Positions 17,343-27,149 are shown, numbered from the stretch's first letter. The stretch is DNA of 64,000 nt from Candidatus Omnitrophota bacterium (GCA_041649115.1 JBAZNT010000008.1:7121-71120); one strand, 5' to 3'. Program-made: numbers and translations. Notes: a model not told the origin generated them from the sequence alone.

Positions 17343-17417
17343 AGGGACGGTTCTTGAGTCAATCTTAACCTGTCCCCTAATAGGGGACAGGTTAGCTTCA
17401 CCCCGAGAACCGTCCCT
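17343..17417. repeat. Type-A nested palindromic repeat, copy A1 (75 nt)
   Basis: Outer inverted repeat AGGGACGGTTCT/AGAACCGTCCCT. Inner 13-bp stem TAACCTGTCCCCT-AAT-AGGGGACAGGTTA. Sits in the intergenic gap between the FAD oxidoreductase gene and maf. Confidence 0.85.
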
Positions 17418-18654
17418 GAGCTGAGCGGCCGGCGAGATAACCGGTAGAGAATGCTGCTTGCAGATTGAATCCCCCGGTATCCGCGTCCACGTCAATCATC
17501 TCTCCGCAAAAATACAAACCTTTCACCACCCGCGATTCCATGGTGCGGGGATTGATATCCTTAAGCGAAACCCCTCCGCGCGTCACCATTGCCTCATCAA
17601 TAGGCCGCGTCCCGACAATATCAAGGCGCATGCCTTTTAAAAGCTCAAGCAGCCTCTGCCTCTCTGCGGCATTAACCTGATTAGCCTTCTTTTCTGCGGA
17701 TATAGCGCTTATCTTCATAAATAAACCCACCATCCGCAAAGGCACAAGCGCCTTTAGGGTGTTCCTGATGCTCCTATTGGGGTTTAGCTTGAATTCCCGC
17801 AGCAACCTGGCATCGAGCTGCTCCCTCGACAATGCCGGCTTCAAGTCTATATTTAATTGAACGCTTTTTTGCTTGCGCAGCCACTCCCCAATCACTGCGC
17901 TCAAAGACAAAACCAGAGGGCCTGATACGCCGGTTTTGGTAAAGAGCAACTCCCCAATATCCGATGCGACTTCCTTCGTGCCGCTTTTGAATTTAAGACG
18001 GATGTTTTTAAGGGTGAGCCCTTCCAAGACACCCGGATAATCCTGCATGGCTTCCAAAGGGACTAACCCCGGCTGAAGCGGCACAATACGGTGGCCGAGC
18101 CTCTCGGCAAGCCGGATGCCCTCTCCGGTAGAGCCGGTAAACCGGTAGGATATCCCGCCGGTGGCAAGGATCACTTTATCCGCGGGGATTATGCGCCTGT
18201 CTGATAAGATAACCCCTTTGATGCTGCCTTCGCGCATAACGATATCCCCGGCTTCGGCGCGGTAGATTACCTTGACATTATTCTTCTCCAGCTCCTTCTT
18301 AAGCACCCCAAGGACGCTGGCCGAGTTGTCGGTCACCGGAAAAACGCGCAGCTGCCTTTCGACCTTTAAGGGCAGGCCCCTCTTTTGAAAAAACTCCATC
18401 AGGTTGCGGTTGGAGAATCTTTTAAAGGCATCCCTAAGGAACTCTCCGTTTTTAGAGAAACGAGGATAAAAAGAATCCAATTCACAGGCATTGGTAATAT
18501 TAGAGCGGCCTTTGCCGCTTAAAAGGAGTTTACGGGCAGGGGAACTGTTTTTTTCGAGGAGTACGACGCGGGTATGCAGAGAAGACGCGCTTATTGCCGC
18601 CATTATCCCGGCAGGCCCGCCGCCCACGACGACTATTTTTTTAGCGTCCACCAA
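17398..18654 (-). CDS. NAD(P)/FAD-dependent oxidoreductase, HI0933/BaiN-like family
   Basis: 418 aa with the dinucleotide motif VVVGGGPAGIMAA and the C-terminal motif GGFNLQAAFSTG. The last few codons run into repeat A1. Confidence 0.75.
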   Translation of the reverse strand: MVDAKKIVVVGGGPAGIMAAISASSLHTRVVLLEKNSSPARKLLLSGKGRSNITNACELDSFYPRFSKNGEFLRDAFKRFSNRNLMEFFQKRGLPLKVERQLRVFPVTDNSASVLGVLKKELEKNNVKVIYRAEAGDIVMREGSIKGVILSDRRIIPADKVILATGGISYRFTGSTGEGIRLAERLGHRIVPLQPGLVPLEAMQDYPGVLEGLTLKNIRLKFKSGTKEVASDIGELLFTKTGVSGPLVLSLSAVIGEWLRKQKSVQLNIDLKPALSREQLDARLLREFKLNPNRSIRNTLKALVPLRMVGLFMKISAISAEKKANQVNAAERQRLLELLKGMRLDIVGTRPIDEAMVTRGGVSLKDINPRTMESRVVKGLYFCGEMIDVDADTGGFNLQAAFSTGYLAGRSAQGRFSG

Positions 18655-18655
18655 A

Positions 18656-19213
18656 TTAAAGGAATTCCTTAATGGTAAAAACGGACTCGAGCTTCAGGCC
18701 CGTGCCGGAGAGATTGGCTGCAGCGCCCTCTTGCCTATCGACAATCACGATAGCACGCTCAGCTTTAATCCCGGCCTTCTCCAGTGCCTCTTTGGCCTCG
18801 ATAAGCGCCTTTCCGGTAGTAGCTACGTCGTCAACCAATACCACCCTGCTCCCAGGAGCAAGGGCCGGACCTTCAATCTGCCTTTGTGCCCCGTGCTTTT
18901 TGGCCTTCTTTCTCACGATAAAGGTCTTTACGGGAGAACCTTTCAAATAACTCAGGGCAGCTACTGCGCCGGAAATAGGGTCAGCCCCCAGGGTAGGGCC
19001 TCCGACAGCATCAACCTTATCCTGCGCTATCATCTCCAGGATAATCACAGCCGCCAGATATGCGCCTTCGGGGGTAAGGGTAATAATCCTGCCGTCGAGG
19101 TAATAAGCGCTGGGCTTGCCTGACGATAGGATAAAATCACCTTTTTTAAAGGCCTCCTTTTTAAGAAGGGCCTTAAGCCTGTCTCGAGCCTCTTTTAAAG
19201 GCAGGGTCTGCAT
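18656..19213 (-). CDS. pyrE: Orotate phosphoribosyltransferase
   Basis: 185 aa with the PRPP-binding motif VVLVDDVATTGKAL. Confidence 0.85.
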   Translation of the reverse strand: MQTLPLKEARDRLKALLKKEAFKKGDFILSSGKPSAYYLDGRIITLTPEGAYLAAVIILEMIAQDKVDAVGGPTLGADPISGAVAALSYLKGSPVKTFIVRKKAKKHGAQRQIEGPALAPGSRVVLVDDVATTGKALIEAKEALEKAGIKAERAIVIVDRQEGAAANLSGTGLKLESVFTIKEFL

Positions 19214-19222
19214 AGTGGATTT

Positions 19223-19251
19223 ATTTTACTATCGGCCCAGGCGCCTGTCAA
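19223..19251 (-). promoter_or_regulatory. Putative pyrE promoter; geometry implies a leaderless or near-leaderless mRNA
   Basis: On the minus strand: TTGACA (19251-19246), 17-nt spacer, TAAAAT (19228-19223). Only 9 nt separate the -10 from the ATG at 19213, and there is no SD. Confidence 0.5.
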
Positions 19252-19314
19252 TCATATTAGTAGCCAAAAACCATTTCCGGATTCACTTAAAGAGCGCTTC
19301 TCTCTCCATATCCA

Positions 19315-19371
19315 AGACACTGTCCCGAACAACGAGGAAAGCGTCTTGGCTTTGGGGAGGAAAACGTCTCT
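19315..19371 (+). repeat. R-box element copy 2
   Basis: AGACACTGTCCCGAAC...GGGGAGGAAAACGTCTCT, with the same ends as 5360-5417. Lies in the divergent pyrE/comF intergenic region and abuts the comF -35. Confidence 0.7.
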
Positions 19372-19377
19372 AAGAAT

Positions 19378-19406
19378 TTGACAAAAGGGTATTTCGTTGT
19401 TATGAT
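19378..19406 (+). promoter_or_regulatory. Putative comF-lptFG promoter
   Basis: TTGACA (19378-19383), 17-nt spacer, TATGAT (19401-19406). The ATG at 19414 lies 7 nt after the -10. Confidence 0.45.
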
Positions 19407-19413
19407 ATCTTTT

Positions 19414-20142
19414 ATGCTCGGCGGCCTTATAAAGGGTCTGGCGGAAATTATCTTTCCAAAGACATGCCCCGCGTGCAAAAAGGGCATCAGGGACAAGGGC
19501 GGCAGAGAAGCGCATCTATGCGCGGACTGCTGGGATAAAATCAAAATGAACACGCCCCCTTTCTGCTATCGCTGCGGCAGGCGCCTGAAGAGCCAAAATC
19601 TTACCAAAAACATCTGCCCCGTCTGCATCAGGAGGCCGCTCCATTTCGACCGGGCATTCAGCCCATGCCTATATGAAGGGCCGGTTAAGGAATTAATCCA
19701 TGAATTCAAATACCGCAGCAAGGAATACCTGGGGCCCCTCTTGAGTAAACTCATGATTGATTTTATCCGCGAATACAGCCTCCCGGTAGATTTCGTAGAT
19801 TACGTCATCCCCGTGCCTTTATACAAAAGCAAGCTTAGGGAGCGTGAATTCAACCAGGCCCGCAAGTTGAGCGAACCGCTTGCCAGGGAATTCCATAAGC
19901 CCCTCCTGGACGGCGCGCTCATCCGCAGGCGGCCCACTGCCAGCCAGACCGGATTAGAGGAAATCGAGCGCTTCAGAAACGTAGAAAACAGTTTTGCGGT
20001 AGTGAATGCGGGAGCGGTAAAAAATGCGAACCTCCTTTTGGTAGACGATGTCCTCACCACCGGCGCGACCTCATCCGAGGCAGCGCGCGCCCTCAAAGAC
20101 TCGGGGGCAGGCGTCGTCTTTGTCCTGACGCTGGCAAACTGA
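19414..20142 (+). CDS. comF: ComF-family phosphoribosyltransferase-domain protein
   Basis: Contains N-terminal zinc-finger cysteines (CPACKK, CADCW, CYRCG, CPVC) and a C-terminal PRT motif LLLVDDVLTTGAT. The start was chosen at ATG 19414; the ORF-track TTG at 19378 coincides with the -35 hexamer, and ATG 19402 is an alternative. Confidence 0.8.
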   Translation: MLGGLIKGLAEIIFPKTCPACKKGIRDKGGREAHLCADCWDKIKMNTPPFCYRCGRRLKSQNLTKNICPVCIRRPLHFDRAFSPCLYEGPVKELIHEFKYRSKEYLGPLLSKLMIDFIREYSLPVDFVDYVIPVPLYKSKLREREFNQARKLSEPLAREFHKPLLDGALIRRRPTASQTGLEEIERFRNVENSFAVVNAGAVKNANLLLVDDVLTTGATSSEAARALKDSGAGVVFVLTLAN

Positions 20143-20144
20143 TT

Positions 20145-21239
20145 ATGCGAATACTAAGAAACTACTTCCTGAAAGAGTTTATCAGCCCGATGTTCATGGC
20201 GCTGGGCGTACTCACCTTCGTGATGATACTCGGCAACCTCATCAAGATTGCCGACCTCGTAATCAACAAGGGGGTAGACATATTTACCGTCTCCAAGCTC
20301 TTCCTCTTTATGATACCGTACCTGCTGACCTACACCCTGCCGATAGCTACGCTGGTAGCGGTGCTCCTGGCGCTGGGGAGGCTTTCCGGGGACAACGAAA
20401 TCGTCGCTATCCGCGCCAGCGGGATAAATCTATTTACCCTGATATTGCCGCTATTAATAGTAGGGATAATGCTGAGCCTGGTCCTAGTAATCTTTAACGA
20501 CCGCGTAATCCCCTATGCCCATTTTGCCTCGCGCAAGACCTTGGTTGAGGTAGGGGTGAAAAACCCCGCCGCAGCCCTGGAGCCGGGGGTTTTCATAAAC
20601 TCCTTCCAGAATTACGTGCTTTTTGTATACCGCATTGAAGGAAACAGGCTGATAAATATCCGCATCTACGAGCCGCGTGAAGGCAAACCTACCCGCACCA
20701 TCGTTGCCAAATACGGGGAATTTATCGCCCTGCCGGAAAAAAACATGGTGAAGCTAAAACTGATGGACGGCAGCACCGACGAGCCGGACCCGGACAACCC
20801 GGAGAATTTCTACAAGCTGAATTTCAGGACCTACTTCATGAGCCTGAACCTCAACCAGGGCCAGGGCAAGGGAGAAATCGAGAAGAAACCCAAGGATATG
20901 ACCATCCAGGAATTGCTAAAAGAGGTGCGCAAAATCAAAAAAAGCGGCATTGACCCCACGCCCCTGGTTACCGAGATAAACGAAAAACTGGCGCTCGCCT
21001 TTTCCTGCATCGTCTTCATTCTCTTCGGAGCGCCCCTGGCAATCATTACCCGCAGAAGGGAAAAATCCATCAACTTCGGCATCGCCTTCCTGGTGGTCGG
21101 CTCTTACTACCTCCTCTTCATAAGCGCCGAGGCCTTAAGCCTAAGAGGCATCGTGAACCCCGTTGTTGCGATGTGGCTGCCCAATATTATTTTCACTGCC
21201 ATAGGAGGCATATTTACTTACAGGCTATGCGCATCTTAG
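20145..21239 (+). CDS. lptF: LPS export ABC permease LptF
   Basis: 364 aa in the YjgP/YjgQ family (MRILRNYFLKEF..., six TMs with a periplasmic beta-jellyroll insert). Confidence 0.8.
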   Translation: MRILRNYFLKEFISPMFMALGVLTFVMILGNLIKIADLVINKGVDIFTVSKLFLFMIPYLLTYTLPIATLVAVLLALGRLSGDNEIVAIRASGINLFTLILPLLIVGIMLSLVLVIFNDRVIPYAHFASRKTLVEVGVKNPAAALEPGVFINSFQNYVLFVYRIEGNRLINIRIYEPREGKPTRTIVAKYGEFIALPEKNMVKLKLMDGSTDEPDPDNPENFYKLNFRTYFMSLNLNQGQGKGEIEKKPKDMTIQELLKEVRKIKKSGIDPTPLVTEINEKLALAFSCIVFILFGAPLAIITRRREKSINFGIAFLVVGSYYLLFISAEALSLRGIVNPVVAMWLPNIIFTAIGGIFTYRLCAS

Positions 21240-22321
21240 ACCGCTATATACTTAAGTCCATCCTGGGGATCCTGACCACCTGCCTGTTCACCTTCCTCCT
21301 CCTTTACGTCATCATTGACATCTTCAGCCACCTCGAAGACATCCTCAAGAACCACGTCGGCATAATGCTATTGGTGCGGTATTACCTTTCCTACATGCCG
21401 ATTATCTTCGTGCAGGTTACGCCGATCGCCTGCCTGCTTGCCGTAATCTACACCTTCGGGAAATTAAACCGCGACAACGAAATCATCGCCATGCGCGCCT
21501 CGGGCTTAAGCATACTCCAGATAAGCAAGACCGCCATTATCCTCGGGGTCATACTGTCGGCGCTGGTGTTCCTGGCGAACGACCGCTTTGTGCCGTCTGC
21601 GCTTTCCTACAACGAAAATCTAAAACATGAAATAGAAAGCGGCTCCAAGAAGAATGCCGTTACGGAGACCGTCAATAACCTTTCGATGTACGGCCTGAAA
21701 AACCGGCTATTTTTCATAAACAGGTTCTCGCCCGCCACTAATACCATGGAGGGGGTAACCATCCTCGAGCAGGACGAACGCCAGAACCTCACCCAGAAGA
21801 TCGTGGCTAATAAGGCGGTGTATAAAGACGGGCTCTGGAGGTTTTATCAAACGGTAAGCTACGAATTTGACGAAAACGGCCAGATAAAGCAGGAGCCACA
21901 ATACATGCAGGAAGAGATAATGGCGATACCCGAGACCCCGCGCGATTTCTTAAGCCAGAGGCAGAGGCCCGAATACATGAACACCGAACAGCTGCAGAAC
22001 TATCTCTGGAGGCTCTCTAAAAGCGGGGCATCGGGCATTATCAAAAACCTCAAGGTCGACCTTTATCAGCGCTATACTACCCCGTTTACCGTCCTTATGA
22101 TTATACTCCTGGGCATCCCTTTCTCATTGCGCATGAAAAAACGCGCTACCGGTTTATCCTCAATAGGCCTGTCGCTTATGGTAGGCTTCCTCTACTATGT
22201 CCTTAATGCCATCGGTATTGCGCTGGGCAAGGCAGGCATACTTTTCCCGCTGGCTGCGGTCTCTATCAGCCACATTGCGGCATTCGGCTTCGCAGTCTAT
22301 CTTATCTCCAAACTTCCTTAA
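21227..22321 (+). CDS. lptG: LPS export ABC permease LptG
   Basis: Starts at ATG 21227 (MRILDRYILKSILG). YjgP/YjgQ family, paired with lptF. Confidence 0.8.
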   Translation: MRILDRYILKSILGILTTCLFTFLLLYVIIDIFSHLEDILKNHVGIMLLVRYYLSYMPIIFVQVTPIACLLAVIYTFGKLNRDNEIIAMRASGLSILQISKTAIILGVILSALVFLANDRFVPSALSYNENLKHEIESGSKKNAVTETVNNLSMYGLKNRLFFINRFSPATNTMEGVTILEQDERQNLTQKIVANKAVYKDGLWRFYQTVSYEFDENGQIKQEPQYMQEEIMAIPETPRDFLSQRQRPEYMNTEQLQNYLWRLSKSGASGIIKNLKVDLYQRYTTPFTVLMIILLGIPFSLRMKKRATGLSSIGLSLMVGFLYYVLNAIGIALGKAGILFPLAAVSISHIAAFGFAVYLISKLP

Positions 22322-22332
22322 TTAACCGGGGT

Positions 22333-23463
22333 TTATTCCAGATACACGCGGGGGACGCGGCTGCCCAGGCCGCAGACGATTTCGTAGGGGATAGTCCCGG
22401 AGAGGGCGGATAGCTCCTCGGCGCTGACTGTGCAGCTTCCCTGACTGCCTATCAATACCGCCTCGTCTCCTATTCTTACCTTAAGCCCGCCCACATCAAC
22501 CATCACCTGATCCATGCACACCCTGCCGCTTAAGGTAAAACGCCTCCCCTTAATCAATACCGGTGCGATATTGGAGAGATTACGCGGATAACCGTCGCCG
22601 TAGCCGATGGGAAGGGTAGCTACGGTGGTATTTCTTTTGGTAATGTAGGTGCGGCCGTAGCTGATGCCAAATCCCCGCGGGACATCCTTGGAATATACTA
22701 CGCGGGTCTTAAGGCTCAAAACCGGCTTCAGGCGAACATAAAGCTTCTCTTTAGGATAAAGGCCGTAGATAACAAGCCCGGGCCTTACCATATTGAAGTG
22801 GCTCTTTGGATAATCTATGACGCCGAGGCTGTTTGCCGCGTGCAGAAGATGAACCTCAAGGCCCTCTCTGGCTAATTTATCGGCGAGCCTGTCAAAAATG
22901 CCAATCTGATAAGATGTAAAATCCCGATTGGTATCTGCGCAGGAGATATGGGTAAAAAGCCCTTCTATGTTTAAGGACCGCATGCGCCTGACTTTTTTGA
23001 TAAAGACCGAGGCGTCCTTCGGCAGGATCCCGAGCCTGCCCATACCGGTATCCACCTTGACGTGGATATTAATTTTCCTGTTCTTACTTGCGGCAATAGA
23101 ATTGAGGGCGGATGCCAACTCTAAAGTGCAGACGGTCTGGCTGAGATTATATTCGATTAAAGGCCGGGCATCTGTTTTAAGTATCATTCCCAAGACCAGG
23201 ATAGGCTTCTTAATGCCAGCCCGCCTTAAGGCTATCCCCTCGTCAATGGAGGCAACGCTCAAATAATCCACGCCGCAGGATGAAAGTTTTTTTGAAACCG
23301 GCACCAGGCCGTGGCCGTAGGCATCGGCCTTAACGCAAACCATCACCTTTGTGCCAGGATTAAGCATGGTTTTCACCCGGCTGAAGTTGTATGCGAGGTT
23401 CCTCAGGTTAATCTCTGCCCAGGTAGGGCGGTAACCGATAACCTCCGGGCTAAGTCTAGGCAT
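22333..23463 (-). CDS. alr: Alanine racemase
   Basis: 376 aa with the PLP-lysine motif VKADAYGHG and the C-terminal beta domain. Confidence 0.9.
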   Translation of the reverse strand: MPRLSPEVIGYRPTWAEINLRNLAYNFSRVKTMLNPGTKVMVCVKADAYGHGLVPVSKKLSSCGVDYLSVASIDEGIALRRAGIKKPILVLGMILKTDARPLIEYNLSQTVCTLELASALNSIAASKNRKINIHVKVDTGMGRLGILPKDASVFIKKVRRMRSLNIEGLFTHISCADTNRDFTSYQIGIFDRLADKLAREGLEVHLLHAANSLGVIDYPKSHFNMVRPGLVIYGLYPKEKLYVRLKPVLSLKTRVVYSKDVPRGFGISYGRTYITKRNTTVATLPIGYGDGYPRNLSNIAPVLIKGRRFTLSGRVCMDQVMVDVGGLKVRIGDEAVLIGSQGSCTVSAEELSALSGTIPYEIVCGLGSRVPRVYLE

Positions 23464-23467
23464 AGGG

Positions 23468-24148
23468 CTATTTTTTTCTTATCTGGCACTCCTTAGGATA
23501 GAGGTATTGCGGCTTTACCCCAAAGGCGTCGCTCAGATTAGATTTACCCCGGGTTATTTTTTCCAGGGCGAGTTTAACGATATTATGCGGCCTGGGATAC
23601 CAGAAGTCGCGGTCCAGGATAACCGCGTTTTTCACTTTGCTCAGGATCTGGCTGCCAAGCAATGAGACGCCGTCTCCGAGGAAAATTCCGGCGTTTGCCG
23701 TTTTAGCGAACAGCTCCGCAGGGCTAAACAGCATATCGGCACCTTTCTTCCTGAAAACATTGTTCTTTCTGTTGTAGATAGCGCAGTAGACCAGGCCGCG
23801 CCTGGCGTCCAGCATCGGTATTACCTCTCCCCGCGCGGTATCGGCGTTACGGCTCAATATATCCAGGGAAGATATTGCCACCACAGGCTTACGCAAAGGC
23901 CAGCTCATGCCTTTGACAGTAGCTATCCCGATGCGCAAACCCGTAAAAGAACCCGGGCCCACCCCGCAGGCAAAATAATCGATATCTCCTGCCTTGAGCC
24001 CGGCGGCATCCAGGACGTCCTTGAGGGTAGAGGTAATCAAAGAAGATAGCCTGCGGCCGGCCTCCAGGTTATAGCCGTATACCTTGCCGTTGTCGTAAAT
24101 GCCGATACAGAGAAATCTCGTAGAGGTATCAATGCCTAATATGCGCAT
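23468..24148 (-). CDS. tsaB: tRNA t6A37 biosynthesis protein TsaB
   Basis: Starts at MRILGIDTST (24148). YeaZ-like ASKHA fold, with the motif GPGSFTGLRIG. Confidence 0.8.
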   Translation of the reverse strand: MRILGIDTSTRFLCIGIYDNGKVYGYNLEAGRRLSSLITSTLKDVLDAAGLKAGDIDYFACGVGPGSFTGLRIGIATVKGMSWPLRKPVVAISSLDILSRNADTARGEVIPMLDARRGLVYCAIYNRKNNVFRKKGADMLFSPAELFAKTANAGIFLGDGVSLLGSQILSKVKNAVILDRDFWYPRPHNIVKLALEKITRGKSNLSDAFGVKPQYLYPKECQIRKK

Positions 24149-24596
24149 ATAAATCCTTAAGCAGCTGGCGGTAGCGGCTTCCATGGGCATGCAATTTTAT
24201 GCCGCGCCGCTTCGGCCCTTTAATTAATAATTCTACTCCCAGATACTCCCTGGGCAAGAGGTATTTCAGGCGGTTGGCCCATTCGATTACCGAGACCCCT
24301 CTGCCGTATAAATACTCTTCATAGCCCAGCGCCAAAACATCATTATCTCCCTTAAGGCGATAGAGGTCAAAATGATACAAAGGAATCCTGGCGCGCTGAT
24401 ACTGACGCAACAGCACAAAGGTAGGGCTGATAACCCCTTCTTTCTTAATCCCAAGGCCCCATGCTATCCCCTGTGTTAATACGGTCTTGCCTGAGCCGAG
24501 CCCGCCGAAAAGGCAGACGATATCCCCCGGCTGAAATTTCCCGGCGATCCTCCTGCCGAGATTAACGGTATCCTTTACGCTGCAAGATTCAATCAT
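24129..24596 (-). CDS. tsaE: tRNA t6A37 biosynthesis ATPase TsaE
   Basis: 155 aa with Walker A GGLGSGKT and SPTF and HFDLYR motifs. Confidence 0.85.
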   Translation of the reverse strand: MIESCSVKDTVNLGRRIAGKFQPGDIVCLFGGLGSGKTVLTQGIAWGLGIKKEGVISPTFVLLRQYQRARIPLYHFDLYRLKGDNDVLALGYEEYLYGRGVSVIEWANRLKYLLPREYLGVELLIKGPKRRGIKLHAHGSRYRQLLKDLYAHIRH

Positions 24597-24598
24597 AT

Positions 24599-25495
24599 TT
24601 AAAAATGCCTAAAACCCCCGGGCCTGGCGGGTTTCTCGCAGCCGCTCTCGGTTACTAGGGAAAACCCCGCCGAGCGAGGCATAATCCTGCCGATAGGCCT
24701 GAATGTTTTATTGCCCTTGCGCGCTAATCTTCTGGCCTCGGGGACGGAAAGCGTAAAGAGTAACTCAAAATCCTCCCCTCCGTATAAGGCATCATTTAAA
24801 TTACGCGCCTCGGGGCTTAAGGGTATCGCCCCCGCATATACGAACGCGCCTACCCTGCTGGATTCCAATATGTGGCCCAAATCCTGCATCAGGCCGTCCG
24901 AGACGTCAATCATGGCGTTGACCTTAAAATTAGCTGCCAGCCAGCGCGCTTCTTTTACGCGCGGGGTAAACCTGAGATGTTTCCCGCGGATAGAACCTCC
25001 GAATGCGCCGCTTACAAATATAATATCGCCGGCTTTCGAGCCGTTACGCAACGCAAGTTTACGCTTCTCTACCTCTCCTGTCAGGCTGACATCAATGGTT
25101 AACCTGGATGAACGGCTGAAATCCCCTCCTACCAGATTTACGCCGTAACGCCTGGCCAGGTCACGCATCCCGCGATGCAGTTCATCAACGTACTCCAGGC
25201 GGGTATCCTTATGCAGCCCTAAAGAAACCAGCGCATAACGCGGGATACCGGCGCAGGCGGCAATATCGCTTAAGGATACGGCCAGGGCCTTCCTGCCGAT
25301 TAGATGCGGGTCATCGCTACCGGTAAAATCCACGCCTTCAACCAGCATGTCGCAGGTAAATAGCAGATACTTGCTGCGGTTGAATTTTACAACTGCGCAG
25401 TCATCGCCCGGACCGCATACCACGGAAGAATCAAGGTTGATGCCGGCTTTGAGCCTCCTGATCAATCCGAATTCCCCTAATTCTGATACCCTCAT
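24599..25495 (-). CDS. thiL: Thiamine-monophosphate kinase
   Basis: 298 aa with an AIR-synthase-like fold (GEFGLI, GDDCAV, DMLVEGVDF). Confidence 0.85.
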   Translation of the reverse strand: MRVSELGEFGLIRRLKAGINLDSSVVCGPGDDCAVVKFNRSKYLLFTCDMLVEGVDFTGSDDPHLIGRKALAVSLSDIAACAGIPRYALVSLGLHKDTRLEYVDELHRGMRDLARRYGVNLVGGDFSRSSRLTIDVSLTGEVEKRKLALRNGSKAGDIIFVSGAFGGSIRGKHLRFTPRVKEARWLAANFKVNAMIDVSDGLMQDLGHILESSRVGAFVYAGAIPLSPEARNLNDALYGGEDFELLFTLSVPEARRLARKGNKTFRPIGRIMPRSAGFSLVTESGCEKPARPGGFRHF

Positions 25496-26535
25496 ATCTT
25501 TAGTAATCTTTTTATGTTCCGGACATAAGGCGCCCTGATAATTCCGTTATCCGTAATGATAGCGCTGATAAGTGCGTGGGGCGTTACGTCAAAAGCGGGA
25601 TTAAAAACCTTTACCCCGGCCGGCGCGACGCGCTGAGCGGAAAATATCCGCGCAACTTCATCCTGCGGCCGCTCTTCAATAACAATGCCCGTGCCGCTTC
25701 TGATAGTAAGGTCAAAGGTAGAAGCGGGAGCCGCAACGTAAAAAGGCACTTTATGGTAACCTGCCATAACCGCCAGGTTATAGGTACCGATCTTATTGGC
25801 GGCGTCTCCGTTAGCGGCAATCCTGTCTGCGCCGACGATAACCTTAGCGATCTTCCCCTGGCTCATCAGGGAGGCTGCCATGTTATCGCAGATAACAGTA
25901 ACGTCAAGGCCACTTTTCTTCAATTCCCAGGCAGTCAAACGGCTCCCCTGCATCAGGGGCCTCGTCTCAGAGGCAAAGACCTTAAAATCCTTGCCATCTT
26001 CTTTAGAGCGGTAGAGCACCCCAAGTGCAGTGCCGTAATCAATGGTAGCCAGGATCCCGGCATTACAGATGGTCAAAACCGCATCATTATCATCGATGAG
26101 CTTGGCCCCGTAGGCGCCTATCCGGCGGCATGATGCCATGTCCTCTTCGATAATGGCGAGCGCTTCCTTAAGTAACAGTCTCTTAACTGCCTGGGGCGGC
26201 TTTTCGTTATTACGCTCCAATACGCTGCGCATGCGCTCCAGGCCGTAAAAGAGGTTTCTGGCGGTAGGACGCGAAGAGGCAAGGTATGAAATTACCTTCT
26301 CCAAGCTCTTGCGCAGATCAACGGAATTCTTTGAACGCGAATCCCTCGCGCCAAGATATACTCCGAGTGCCGCAGCTGCCCCCAAGGCAGGAGCGCCGCG
26401 CACCTTAAGGGTCCTTATAGCATTCCGGAGCGTTTTTAAATCTGCGATATAAAGATATTCCAGGTTCAGGGGGAGCCTGCTCTGGTCAATAATTCTAATC
26501 CTGTTTTTGCTCCAGGAGATGCCCTTAAGCTTCAT
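25492..26535 (-). CDS. mtnA: S-methyl-5-thioribose-1-phosphate isomerase (eIF-2B alpha/beta/delta family)
   Basis: 347 aa with VRGAPALG, TICNAG and VGADRIAANGD motifs. Confidence 0.75.
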   Translation of the reverse strand: MKLKGISWSKNRIRIIDQSRLPLNLEYLYIADLKTLRNAIRTLKVRGAPALGAAAALGVYLGARDSRSKNSVDLRKSLEKVISYLASSRPTARNLFYGLERMRSVLERNNEKPPQAVKRLLLKEALAIIEEDMASCRRIGAYGAKLIDDNDAVLTICNAGILATIDYGTALGVLYRSKEDGKDFKVFASETRPLMQGSRLTAWELKKSGLDVTVICDNMAASLMSQGKIAKVIVGADRIAANGDAANKIGTYNLAVMAGYHKVPFYVAAPASTFDLTIRSGTGIVIEERPQDEVARIFSAQRVAPAGVKVFNPAFDVTPHALISAIITDNGIIRAPYVRNIKRLLKI

Positions 26536-27146
26536 GGCTTCTCTTGTTTTAGGATCTTTTCAAGGCGGTCAATCTGACGGCCTATCTCCTGCCGTATCTC
26601 CTGGCAGGAATCGGGATTCAAAAGCTCCAACACCCTGCGGTAAGCGCTAAGCGCGCCGCGGTAATCCCGGAGGCTTAAAAGCGCATCCGCGAGGTTATCG
26701 TAAGTGACTGCGCGATGCGGCTCCAGTTGCAAGGCCTTATTGAAATAACGGATTGCCTCGCTGTGCCTGCCGATATTATTCAAAAGCCACCCCTTGTTGT
26801 GATAAATAGTGGCGTAATCCGGCTCCGCCTCAATGCCTTTGTCAAAATAGTAAAAGGCCTCGTCAATGATGCCGAGCTCCACCATCGAGAGGGCGCGGTC
26901 ATTGTAAGCTGCGCCGTCCTGCGGGTTAATTTTAATAGCCGCATCAAAATGTTCGATGGCAGATGCAAAATTACCGTTGAGCAGCTCTTCCTGGCCTTTA
27001 AAATACTCCTCCTCGGCAAGAAACCCCTTTGCCGAAGCAGCCTCCCGCCCCTGGCGGGCAAGGCGCAGGGCCTCTTCGTGCGTGCCGTAGGTGATGGCTT
27101 CATCCAGCTTCAAGCGCAAAGAGGAAAACTCGCTATTGCAGCCCAT
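26532..27146 (-). CDS. TPR-repeat protein
   Basis: 204 aa with several 34-residue TPR-like units (..AIEHFDAAIKINPQDGAAYNDRA..). Confidence 0.65.
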   Translation of the reverse strand: MGCNSEFSSLRLKLDEAITYGTHEEALRLARQGREAASAKGFLAEEEYFKGQEELLNGNFASAIEHFDAAIKINPQDGAAYNDRALSMVELGIIDEAFYYFDKGIEAEPDYATIYHNKGWLLNNIGRHSEAIRYFNKALQLEPHRAVTYDNLADALLSLRDYRGALSAYRRVLELLNPDSCQEIRQEIGRQIDRLEKILKQEKP

Positions 27147-27149
27147 TTA

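Noticed and set aside
17336-17495. N-terminal 22-codon extension of the Maf ORF, and the 73-aa ORF 17274-17495
   Set aside because: Both are encoded by palindromic repeat A1; the same repeat translates similarly at other loci. The Maf homology starts at the ATG at 17335.
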